Below, in pieces: positions 8,246 through 17,001 of a stretch of DNA of 25,846 nt. The notes below the pieces were generated by a model. It did not search any database. It was not told the DNA's origin and worked only from the letters and a program-made list of their open reading frames with translations. A program made the translations under genes and the position numbers. Numbering within the stretch: position 1 is the stretch's first letter; each line of letters starts with the position of its first letter. The DNA is from a virus. Lineage: Duplodnaviria; Caudoviricetes. The stretch covers positions 1-25,846 of the IMG/VR virus record IMGVR_UViG_3300031963_000837; one strand, given 5' to 3'.

Positions 8246-10458
8246 TGGTGAAGCAGCGGCTCGAGCGGGTTTCCGGTGCGCAAGGCGAGCTGAGCCCGCT
8301 GCTGCGCGCCCGCGTGAACGATCTCGCCAAGGCCGGCGCGGCCGATGCCCGGCTCGAGAACCTCACGCCCCTGCCGGAAGGCGCCCGCACGCGCACGCCC
8401 GGCACGCGCTTCATCGCGCCCTGGAAGGACGAGACGCGGCCGGCACGGCTGATGGATTTCGAGGTCTCGCTGGGCGACAGCTACATGCTCGCCTTCAATG
8501 GCGGCGTCATGCGCGTCTTCCGCAACCAGGCTCCCATTCTGATCCCGGCCGGCACGGCGCCTTACGAGCTGGCGCATCCCTTCCCCGACAACCAGCTCGA
8601 CGCCCTGTTCAAGGCGCAGGTCAAGGGCACGATGTTCATCGCCGGCGGCGGTCGCCCGCGCGTGCTGGTGCGCAACCTGGACAACGACTGGTCGCTCACG
8701 GAATACGTGCCGACCGAGGCACCGGTCCGCCTGCAGAACACGGACAAGACCTGGACCATCCAGGCCTCTGCCGAGACCGGCACCGTCACGCTCACGGCCA
8801 GCAAGGCCACCTTCCTCGCCGGCCATGTCGGCAGCATCTGGCGGCTCGACGAAGCCGACCTCTCGACCGTGCCGAACTGGAAGGCCATCGAGAGCCCGAT
8901 CGCGGTCGGCCAGCGTCGGCGCAACAAGGGCCGGATCTACGAGGTGGTGACGCTCAATGCCACCACGGGCGATACCGGCCCGAACCCGCCGGTGCATGAC
9001 GATGGCGACGTGTTCTCCTCCGGCGGCAACGTGACCTGGCGGTTCATCTCGAATACCGGTGGCTATGTGCGGATCACGGCCGTCGCCTCGCCCACCTCGG
9101 CCACGGCAATCGTGCTCGACCGCCTGCCGCAGCGCGCCGTCACCGCGCCCAGCTATCGCTGGTTCGAGGCGGCCTGGAGCGACGTGCGCGGCTGGCCCGA
9201 TGCCGTCTCCGTCAGCGATCAGTCGCTCGTCTGGACGCGGAACAACGAATATTTCATCAGCCGGCCCACGGACCTCTATTCGTTCGACCTGCTCGACGAG
9301 GAGGACAGCGCGATCACGGCCGCGATCAACGCGCCGGACGGCAAGCTCACGGAAATCGTCTGGGTTCTGCCGATCGGCGTGCTGGTGCTCGGCGCGCGCT
9401 CCAATGAATGGCTGATCCGCGGCGCGCAGAATGCGTTCGAACGCCTTACCCCCACCAACCAGCGCGCCATTCCGCAAGGGTCGCGCGGCTCTTTCAAGCC
9501 GCATCAGCCGGTGATGGTCGATGGCGGCGCCGTCTTCATCGGGCGCGGCGGCCGCTCGCTGCATTTCGTGCGGTTCGACGGCGCAACCGAGCAGATCGAA
9601 TTCCAGAACTTCACGACCTTTTCCCGCCAGATGCTGCGTGCCGGCGCGCGTCAACTCGCCTGGTGCCAGGACCCCAACCCGGTCCTGTGGGTGCGCATGG
9701 CCGATGGCACCCTGCGCGGCCTGACCCTGATGACCGAGCAGGATGTTGCCGGCTGGCACCGCCGCCCGATGATCAACGGCAAGGTGCTGCAGATCGCGGC
9801 CGTGCAATCGCTGGACGACACCTTCACCGAGCTGTGGCTCGGCGTCGAACGTGTCGTCAACGGCCAGACGCGCCGATACTGGGAAGTGCAGCAGCGCTAT
9901 TTCGAGGCGATCGACGAGGATCAACCCACCGCCGCCGGCGCCTGGCTCGTGGATTGCGGCATTGCCACCGCAGCGGGCGCCGGCCCGTTCGCGAGCGTCA
10001 GCGGGCTCGACCACCTCGAAGGGCAAGAGGTCAACCTCTTCGCCGATGGCGTATTTCTCGGCCGTCGCAGCGTGAGCGGCGGCAGCGTCACCCTGCCGCG
10101 CCCCATGCGCAACATCGTGGCGGGCCTGCCGCTGGCCTGGCGGCTCGAGACCCTGCCTTTCGAGACGAACACCCCGAAAGGCTCCACCAAGGGGGTCGAG
10201 AAGGCGGCGAACAACGTGACGCTGCACCTGCACGAAACCGGGACCGGCCTCATCTCGGCCAATGGCGCGGAAGACGCGCTTGTCTTTCCGACCGCCGGCG
10301 TGTCGCCCGGGCAGCCCCTGCAGCTTTTCTCCGGCGTCCTCACCGTGACGATCGAGGTCGCCACCGAGAAGGAGGTCGCCATCGCGCTCGCGGGTGATGA
10401 TCCCCTGCCCTTCACCCTGCTTTCCATCACGCCCGAAATCGACATCAAGGACCCCTGA
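8245..10458 (+). CDS. Tail tubular protein B / nozzle (T7 gp12-like)
   Basis: ATG 8245 overlaps the preceding stop (TGATG); GELSPLL, GWPDAV, QDVAGWHR, GLDHLEG, DPLPFTLLSI motifs; 737 aa. Confidence 0.9.
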   Translation: MVKQRLERVSGAQGELSPLLRARVNDLAKAGAADARLENLTPLPEGARTRTPGTRFIAPWKDETRPARLMDFEVSLGDSYMLAFNGGVMRVFRNQAPILIPAGTAPYELAHPFPDNQLDALFKAQVKGTMFIAGGGRPRVLVRNLDNDWSLTEYVPTEAPVRLQNTDKTWTIQASAETGTVTLTASKATFLAGHVGSIWRLDEADLSTVPNWKAIESPIAVGQRRRNKGRIYEVVTLNATTGDTGPNPPVHDDGDVFSSGGNVTWRFISNTGGYVRITAVASPTSATAIVLDRLPQRAVTAPSYRWFEAAWSDVRGWPDAVSVSDQSLVWTRNNEYFISRPTDLYSFDLLDEEDSAITAAINAPDGKLTEIVWVLPIGVLVLGARSNEWLIRGAQNAFERLTPTNQRAIPQGSRGSFKPHQPVMVDGGAVFIGRGGRSLHFVRFDGATEQIEFQNFTTFSRQMLRAGARQLAWCQDPNPVLWVRMADGTLRGLTLMTEQDVAGWHRRPMINGKVLQIAAVQSLDDTFTELWLGVERVVNGQTRRYWEVQQRYFEAIDEDQPTAAGAWLVDCGIATAAGAGPFASVSGLDHLEGQEVNLFADGVFLGRRSVSGGSVTLPRPMRNIVAGLPLAWRLETLPFETNTPKGSTKGVEKAANNVTLHLHETGTGLISANGAEDALVFPTAGVSPGQPLQLFSGVLTVTIEVATEKEVAIALAGDDPLPFTLLSITPEIDIKDP

Positions 10459-11018
10459 TGGACCCGCTGACCATCGCTTCAGCCGCCTTCAAGGGCGCCG
10501 GCGCCCTGATGAGCATCTTCGGCGCCGGTGCCCAGAACCGCGCGGCCCGGCGCGTGACGCGCCAGCAGCAAGCCACGCTTCGCGACAATGCGGATATAGC
10601 CATGATGCGCTCGACCTTCGAGCAGAACCGCATCGACGACCAGATCGACGCAACCACCGGCGCGCAGGTGAACTATTTCGCCGGCGGCAACCTCGACCCC
10701 GCCAGCGGCTCGCCGGCGGTGCTGCAGGCCATGACGACGGCGCAGGGCGAGACCGACAAGATGCTCGCCGCCGCGCGCGGCGCCCAGGAACGCGCCGACG
10801 CCTTCCAGCAGATTTCCGATCTCGAAAGCGGCCTCGGCGCGCAAAGTCGCGCGATGAGCTGGGGCATCGGCACCACCCTGCTCGGCACCGCCGGCGACCT
10901 TGCGCAGATGTTCCGCCCGAAAACGGGTGCCTATGGCGCCAGCGGCGGCTCGTCCGGCGCAGATAACAGCTTCGCCCGGGCGCGGCGCATCAACAACTTC
11001 CAGGGCTGGGGCGTCTGA
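10458..11018 (+). CDS. Internal virion (ejection) protein, T7 gp14-like position
   Basis: MDPLTIA start, Gly/Ala-rich hydrophobic ends, SGSP motif; coupled TGATG junctions. Confidence 0.8.
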   Translation: MDPLTIASAAFKGAGALMSIFGAGAQNRAARRVTRQQQATLRDNADIAMMRSTFEQNRIDDQIDATTGAQVNYFAGGNLDPASGSPAVLQAMTTAQGETDKMLAAARGAQERADAFQQISDLESGLGAQSRAMSWGIGTTLLGTAGDLAQMFRPKTGAYGASGGSSGADNSFARARRINNFQGWGV

Positions 11019-13777
11019 TGAGTGCACCGGTCTACATTTCGCGCGGATCGAGCCAGGGCATCGGCGAGCTGCAGCCGAGCCGCGACAATAGCGCGCAGAT
11101 CACCGGCCAGGCGCAGGCCCGGTTCGGCCAGGCGCTTGGCGGGCTCGGCAATGTCGCCTTCAGCCTCGGCGAGCAGATCCAGCAGATCAATCGGGCCTCG
11201 ACGGTTGCCGATCGCAAGACGGGCTTCATGACCGGGATCGACAATCTCGGAAAGGAATTCGAGAACGATCCTGATCCCGCCACGGCCGAACAGCGCTTTC
11301 AGGAGCAGGTGACGAAGCTCGAAGGCTCGGCGCTCGAGGGACTTCGCCCGGACGATGCGGCCGAGTTGCGCGTGCAGCTGCGTCGCCAGTCCATCTCCTA
11401 TGCCGGCGGCGTGCGGGCCAATGCGCTGAAAAAGCAGTCCGATGGCTATCTTGCCAATGTCGATCAGCAATTCGACGTTCTCACCAGGAACTATGCGAAT
11501 GCCAAGACCGACACCGAGCGGCAAACCTTTATCGCCGAGCTCGACGAAACCCTGAAAAGCGGCGTTTCGCGCGGCATGATGACGGCCAAGGCCGCCGAGG
11601 CCTATCGCCAGTCCATGGCCCAGACCGGCGACAACGCCCTTGTGCTCCGCCAGATCGGCATGAACCCGGCCGCCGCGCAAGCGGCCTTGGCCGATCCCGA
11701 GCAATTCAAGGGCCTCAACCCGGTCCAGCGCGAGCAATTCGCACAGCAGGCCCGTGCCGCCGCAGAAGCCCTCCGGGCCCAGCGGCTCGAAATCCGGGCG
11801 CGCACCAACCCGGAAGCGGCCACCATGGAAGCCGGGCGCGTGAGCGGCCCCGGCGCCATCGCGCGGATTTTCGACAGCGCCATCATTCCGCAGGAAAGTG
11901 GCGGGCGCGCCGGAGCCGTATCGCCGGCCGGAGCCGTCGGCATCGGCCAGCTCATGCCGGATACGGCGCTCGGCGTCGCCACGAAGCATGCCAGCAAGGA
12001 CCCGGCCTTTGCCGAATTCGCACGCCTGCCCGAGACCGAGCGCCGCGAACGCCTGCTGACCGACCCGGCGCTAAACCGGCGGCTCGGCATGCAATATCTG
12101 CAGGACACGATCGAGGCCACGGATGGCAGCGTCGTCGCGGGCATTGCCGGTTACCATGCCGGAACGGGCCGGGCGATTGAATGGCACAAGGCCGCCGTGG
12201 CCAGATATGGCGAGGGCTACAGCGCCGCTGAATTCCTCACCGTGATGGACCAGAACCTTCACGACGGAAAGAACGGCCAGCAGGGCAAGCGCACGGTGGA
12301 TTATGTGCGCGACATCTACAAGCGGATGGGGGTGGATATTGCCGCCCCGGCCTTCACCGGCATGAATACCTTCCGCGCCTCGGATATCGTGCAGCGCGAA
12401 TGGGACCGGCGCGAGGCGCAGACCAGACAGATCGTCAACGAGGTCACGGCCCTGTCTCGCCAGCAGGCCGACCAGTTCGGCGGCTTGCTCGATCAGGGTC
12501 TCAACGTCAATCCGGCCCGCCTCGCGGAAATCCAGTCCGGGCTGCAGCTCGGCGCGGCGCGCGGTGAACCGCAAGCCGCCGAGACGCTCCGGCTGCTCAA
12601 CGAGCGGATCGAGATGCTGCCTCATGTGCAGCGCGCCTATCGCATGGCGCCTGCCGAGCTTGAAGCCTATACCAGCAGTCTCCGCTCTTCCTTCGCGCAG
12701 GACCCGACACCGCAGAAAGAGCGGCAGCTCAAGGTGTTCGAAGCCGTTGCCGCGCAGGTGGCCAAGGGCGCGAAGGAAGCGCCCGTGCAGCTTTACGAAC
12801 GGCATACCGAGGGCCAGCCCACTTTCGTGAACCCTCAGGCACAGATTGGCAGCGCCGAGCTCGCGCAGCAGCTTCAGGCACGATCCATCGTTTCCGATGG
12901 CGCCTTCAAGCGCTACCAGACCCGCGCCTTCTTCAAGCCCGAAGAGGCGCGCGCATGGAAGGACCGGTTCGAAACCATGGGCGACCAGGAGCGCTTCGAT
13001 CTCCTGCAGGCCCTGCAACGCAACACCACGGGCGAGGCCGCCTATCGCGCGGCCGTGGCGGAAGTGACGGGCGGCGACAAGCTCGCGGCCACGGCGGGCA
13101 TGTTCCTGACGAACAACCCGCAGCTTGCGCGCGACATCCTTCGCGGATCGTCGATCGCGCAACTCGACGGCATCAAGCCCAAGGCAGAGGAGATCAGGAA
13201 CGCGCTCAAGTCCACCATGCCCGGCCTGCTCTATCCCAGCGTGGCGATGCAATCGGATGTGATCGAAGCCGCGCTCGCGGTCTATGCCAGCGAGCGGGGC
13301 CGCAACGCCGCGCTCTATGATGCGGGCGACCGAGCCGGTCTTGAAGCCGCCATCGAGCGCGTCACCGGCAGGATCGTGAAGATCAATGGCGCCAAGGTGC
13401 CCATGCCGCCCGATATTCGACCTGCCGACGCGCAGGAGGCAATCTACAACCTTTCCAAGGAAATCCTCGATGCGTTCGGCGGCGCTTATGGTCGCGACAA
13501 TCAGCCGCTCGACCCCTTCCTGATTGCCCGCCACGCGCAACTTCGTCCGCTCACCGTGCAGGGCAACCTGTTCGCCGTTCTCCTGCCGGAAGGCCGCGAA
13601 GGAGCGCCGGTCATGAACAAGGAAGGAAGACCGCTCGTGATCGACCTCGCCAAGGCCGTGCAACTGCATGCCCCGCTCAGCAGGCCAAGTCAGGCCGGGC
13701 GTCTCAACCGGACCCTTGCCGAGCAATTCGCGGAAGAGCGGCGCCGGCTCGGCATTCCCATGGGGGGCAGCCAGTGA
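11018..13777 (+). CDS. Internal virion protein with lytic transglycosylase (SLT) domain
   Basis: QESGG...AVSPAGAVGIGQLMPDTA...AGYHAG SLT motifs at about 11880-12170 within a 919-aa helical protein. Confidence 0.88.
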   Translation: MSAPVYISRGSSQGIGELQPSRDNSAQITGQAQARFGQALGGLGNVAFSLGEQIQQINRASTVADRKTGFMTGIDNLGKEFENDPDPATAEQRFQEQVTKLEGSALEGLRPDDAAELRVQLRRQSISYAGGVRANALKKQSDGYLANVDQQFDVLTRNYANAKTDTERQTFIAELDETLKSGVSRGMMTAKAAEAYRQSMAQTGDNALVLRQIGMNPAAAQAALADPEQFKGLNPVQREQFAQQARAAAEALRAQRLEIRARTNPEAATMEAGRVSGPGAIARIFDSAIIPQESGGRAGAVSPAGAVGIGQLMPDTALGVATKHASKDPAFAEFARLPETERRERLLTDPALNRRLGMQYLQDTIEATDGSVVAGIAGYHAGTGRAIEWHKAAVARYGEGYSAAEFLTVMDQNLHDGKNGQQGKRTVDYVRDIYKRMGVDIAAPAFTGMNTFRASDIVQREWDRREAQTRQIVNEVTALSRQQADQFGGLLDQGLNVNPARLAEIQSGLQLGAARGEPQAAETLRLLNERIEMLPHVQRAYRMAPAELEAYTSSLRSSFAQDPTPQKERQLKVFEAVAAQVAKGAKEAPVQLYERHTEGQPTFVNPQAQIGSAELAQQLQARSIVSDGAFKRYQTRAFFKPEEARAWKDRFETMGDQERFDLLQALQRNTTGEAAYRAAVAEVTGGDKLAATAGMFLTNNPQLARDILRGSSIAQLDGIKPKAEEIRNALKSTMPGLLYPSVAMQSDVIEAALAVYASERGRNAALYDAGDRAGLEAAIERVTGRIVKINGAKVPMPPDIRPADAQEAIYNLSKEILDAFGGAYGRDNQPLDPFLIARHAQLRPLTVQGNLFAVLLPEGREGAPVMNKEGRPLVIDLAKAVQLHAPLSRPSQAGRLNRTLAEQFAEERRRLGIPMGGSQ

Positions 13778-16700
13778 CCGACTGGAACCGCGCCGCCGAC
13801 GATTACCTTGCCGAATTGCGGCGGCGTCCGCCCGCGCGCGCGCCGGCCACGATCGGCGAAATCTGGGACACCGAATGGAAGGCCACGGGGCTCGACACCA
13901 CATTCGGCGTGCAGAGGCCGATGATGGATGCCTATTCCGAATTGCAGGAACGCCTCACCGCCATCACCGGCAAGGATCTTGGCACGCTCGCGCGCGAGAG
14001 GCGGCTGGATTTTCTTGAGGGCGGCTTTGATGGACGTGTCCAGACCATGGGCCGGATCATCGACAGCCTGCCCGATCCGCAGCAGAAGCTCCTCGCCGAT
14101 TACAAGGATGTGCGCGGCCGCGCCCGCATGAAGGCGGCGGAAATCGAGAAGCAGAGCGCCGACGTCGCCGGCGCCACCTATGGCTTGTCCGGCCATGCCG
14201 TCGCCTTCGCCGCAGGGATTGCCCGGCAGATGGCCGACCCGGTGAACATCCTCACGGCGCCCATCGGCGGCCCGGCCAAGGGGCCGGTGCTGAAATGGCT
14301 CGGCAAGGAATTCCTGATCGGCGCCGGCGTGCAGGCCGCGCAGGAGCCATTCATTGCCACAAGGCGGCAGGAACTCGGCCTCGAAACGAACAGCATCGAG
14401 AACGTGCTCGAGGCCGGCATCGGCCAGGCCGGTTTCGCCGGCATCCTGCGCGGCGCGGCCGCGCTGATACGTGCCGGCAAACAGGGGAGCAACCTTCCGC
14501 CCGTCGATATCACCGCACGCGATCATGAGGCTGTAGCGCGGCACGTCGAAGCACAAGACATCGTGATGCGCCAGACCGGCCCCAGCCGCGAGGCCGCCGA
14601 TGCGCTGGCACAGGCGACTGCGGCACTCAACGGCCAGGCGCCGATCGCTGCCGCGGCCCCGGCCCGCTCCGCCGCCTTCTCTCTCGAGGGGCCGCAGCGC
14701 GTCGTCGTCAACGACCAGCTCGCCTTCAATGTGCGCTATGCCGTCGTGGAGCGCGGCAATCTCATCGTCTCGCACTCGGCCGACGGCACGGTAAACCCGG
14801 CCTTTCCGGCGGAGATCCAGCCGCGCGACCGCGCGACGATGGAATTGCGCCAGCAGGTGCAAACCATCGCCGGCACGCTTGAGCCCTCCTGGCTCACCAC
14901 CTCGCCCAATGCCCAGTTCGGCGCGCCCATCGTCTCGGATCGCGGCGTGGTGGAGAGCGGCAACGGCCGCACGCTCTCGATCGGCCTCGCTTACGAGCGT
15001 TTCCCCGATCGCGCGCAAGCCTATCGCGACGAGCTCGAACGCCTCGGCTTCGACACAAGCGCCTTCGAGCAACCCGTGCTGGTGCGCATCCGGCAGGATG
15101 AGCTCACGCCCCAGCAATTGATGGCCTATACCGCGCGCAGCAACATCAGCGAGGTCGCGAAGCTTTCGGTGCCCGAGCAGGCCGCGCTCGATGCGCGCAA
15201 CCTGCATGGTGGCATCCTCGAGAGCTATCAGGGCGGCGATCTCACGCTCGCGCGGAATGCCGAGTTCGTGCGCCGCTTCATTCAGGAGCTCGTGCCCGTT
15301 GCCGATCAGAGCGCGTTCATCGCCGGCGGTCGACCGACCGAGGCCGGAATTGCCCGCATGCAGGGCGCGCTGATCGCCCGCGCCTGGCAGGACGCGCGCA
15401 TGGTGCGCGAGATCGCCGAAAACCCCAACCCGACCAGCGTCACCATTCTCCGGGCCTTTGCCGACACCGCGCCGCAGATTTCGCGGCTTCGCGCGGCCAT
15501 CGAGGAAGGGCGCGTGGATGGCGGCGCCGATATCGTCTCGCCGCTCAAATCCGCCTTCGATCTCGTGGAGCGCGCGCGGATCGAGGGGCGCAAGCTCTCG
15601 ATGCTGGTGAACCAGAGCGACGTGGAAACCGGCGCCGTGCGGGATGATGTGCGCGCGGCCGTGCGGCTCTTCTTCCGCAACGACGAGCTGACCGTGCCAG
15701 CCGGCCGCGAGACGATCGAGGCGCGCATTCTCGACGCCGTTGATCGCGCCATCATGAGCCAAGCGGGCGGCCTATTCGACGAGGCCATCGACCCGGCCGC
15801 CATCCTTCGCGCCGCGCGCTTCGCCACCGAGCCCTTTGCCGAGCTCTCGCCCACCGAACGCGCCCGGCTCCTCTCGGAGGCCGCCGGCGGCAAGGACGTC
15901 GCCACCGGCCGGCTTGACGCCGAAGCCGCACGTTCGACCGAGCAGCCAGCGCCCGAGGCCGGCGCCCTCCTCGAGGCGCCCGTGCAGACACCGGCGCAGG
16001 TGCTCGCGTTTGAACAAGCGCGACTTGAGCAGCCCTTCACGGATCTCGACACCTTGTTCGCTCTTGCGCCGGCATCGCAGAAAGAGCTTGTCGAAGCGCT
16101 TCGCGCGACCGGCCTGGGCACGGTCAAGGATCCCGGCATCAAGGCGCGTGACGGCGGGCGTGGCGTCGAGGCCAAGGTCAAGCGCAAGGGCTACAACGAT
16201 ATTCGCCGCGTGACCGATGTTGCTCGCGCCGCGGTAATCGTGAAGGACCCAGCCGATGCCCAGGCCGTTGTGCAAGCTCTCGCAAGCCGTTTCACCATCT
16301 GGGATGAAGGTTGGGCCGTGACCGGGATTGGCTATGCCGACCGCAAGGTGATGGTGCGCACGTCAAATGGGCTTCTCGCCGAAGTGCAGCTCCTCGAGGA
16401 GAGCATGGCCAACGCGAAGAAGGCCGGCCATCAGCTCTACAAGCAGCGCGGCGCCGCCATGGTCGAAGGCGATGTTGCCAAGGCCCAGCAGATCCGCGAG
16501 CAGGAGCTGCAATACTGGGGTGGAATTCAGGCGGCGTTGCCGACCGATTGGCGCTTGGCGCTGGGGCTGGAACCAAAGGCCTCGATCTCTGCACCAAACG
16601 CCGCCGTAGCAAACGCCTCGTCGATCGGGCGGCCATCCAGCTCGATATCGGCAGAGCTGACCGGAAGCCAGCCGCGCTCCTTGGTGAGCACAAACCCCTC

Positions 16701-17001
16701 GAGCGTGGCTTCATCGACGACGGCAAGCCGCGCGTCCCAGTTGAACAGCTTGAACGAACCGAGCGACATGGGAACCTCCAAGGCCACCGTTGCACGTGGC
16801 GATGCCGAAATCAATGCCCGTGTCAAGAGCATGATGAATGAAATCGGCCCGGAGACGCGCCTGCCCTTCGAACAGGCCGACGGCACCATGAAAGAGATGA
16901 CCGTGGCGGAGCGCATGGCCGAGGTCGAAAAGGTGAAGCGCGCGGCGGCCGAGCTCAACGATTGCATCGCCCGCAACGGCGGCGGAGGCAAGAACACATG
17001 A
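13774..17001 (+). CDS. Polyvalent internal virion protein with DdrB/ParB-like and RelA/SpoT-like domains
   Basis: YAVVE...SH...QPRDR...GAPIV...VESGNGR (about 14700-15150); K..R..AK / TDVAR / GY / EVQL / HQLYK (about 16130-16450); GTGA and ATGA coupled to its neighbours within the ejection-protein cluster. Confidence 0.85.
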   Translation: MTDWNRAADDYLAELRRRPPARAPATIGEIWDTEWKATGLDTTFGVQRPMMDAYSELQERLTAITGKDLGTLARERRLDFLEGGFDGRVQTMGRIIDSLPDPQQKLLADYKDVRGRARMKAAEIEKQSADVAGATYGLSGHAVAFAAGIARQMADPVNILTAPIGGPAKGPVLKWLGKEFLIGAGVQAAQEPFIATRRQELGLETNSIENVLEAGIGQAGFAGILRGAAALIRAGKQGSNLPPVDITARDHEAVARHVEAQDIVMRQTGPSREAADALAQATAALNGQAPIAAAAPARSAAFSLEGPQRVVVNDQLAFNVRYAVVERGNLIVSHSADGTVNPAFPAEIQPRDRATMELRQQVQTIAGTLEPSWLTTSPNAQFGAPIVSDRGVVESGNGRTLSIGLAYERFPDRAQAYRDELERLGFDTSAFEQPVLVRIRQDELTPQQLMAYTARSNISEVAKLSVPEQAALDARNLHGGILESYQGGDLTLARNAEFVRRFIQELVPVADQSAFIAGGRPTEAGIARMQGALIARAWQDARMVREIAENPNPTSVTILRAFADTAPQISRLRAAIEEGRVDGGADIVSPLKSAFDLVERARIEGRKLSMLVNQSDVETGAVRDDVRAAVRLFFRNDELTVPAGRETIEARILDAVDRAIMSQAGGLFDEAIDPAAILRAARFATEPFAELSPTERARLLSEAAGGKDVATGRLDAEAARSTEQPAPEAGALLEAPVQTPAQVLAFEQARLEQPFTDLDTLFALAPASQKELVEALRATGLGTVKDPGIKARDGGRGVEAKVKRKGYNDIRRVTDVARAAVIVKDPADAQAVVQALASRFTIWDEGWAVTGIGYADRKVMVRTSNGLLAEVQLLEESMANAKKAGHQLYKQRGAAMVEGDVAKAQQIREQELQYWGGIQAALPTDWRLALGLEPKASISAPNAAVANASSIGRPSSSISAELTGSQPRSLVSTNPSSVASSTTASRASQLNSLNEPSDMGTSKATVARGDAEINARVKSMMNEIGPETRLPFEQADGTMKEMTVAERMAEVEKVKRAAAELNDCIARNGGGGKNT
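16527..16769 (-). CDS. Nested antisense gene, 80 aa; candidate immunity/antitoxin for the RelA/SpoT-like domain
   Basis: Minus strand reads GGAGG-ttccc-ATG. The product has globular, acidic composition (MSLGSFKLFNWDARLAVVDE...), while the overlapping + frame is a Ser-rich linker. Confidence 0.75.
   Translation of the reverse strand: MSLGSFKLFNWDARLAVVDEATLEGFVLTKERGWLPVSSADIELDGRPIDEAFATAAFGAEIEAFGSSPSAKRQSVGNAA
16786..16826 (-). promoter_or_regulatory. Candidate internal antisense promoter
   Basis: Minus strand has TTGACA (16826-16821) and TTGATT-N17-AACGGT (16814-16786) just upstream of the nested gene's RBS. Confidence 0.35.

Noticed and set aside
751-15762. Many long minus-strand ORFs (e.g. 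751..2052, 3186..4397, 6099..7643, 8221..10233, 12071..13903, 13690..15762)
   Set aside because: They are antisense shadows of high-GC genes: no RBS and no recognisable motifs, and the + strand frames carry the conserved phage motifs.
15760-15780. QAGGLF as a beta-clamp-binding motif
   Set aside because: Only a loose match to QL[SD]LF; too short to support.
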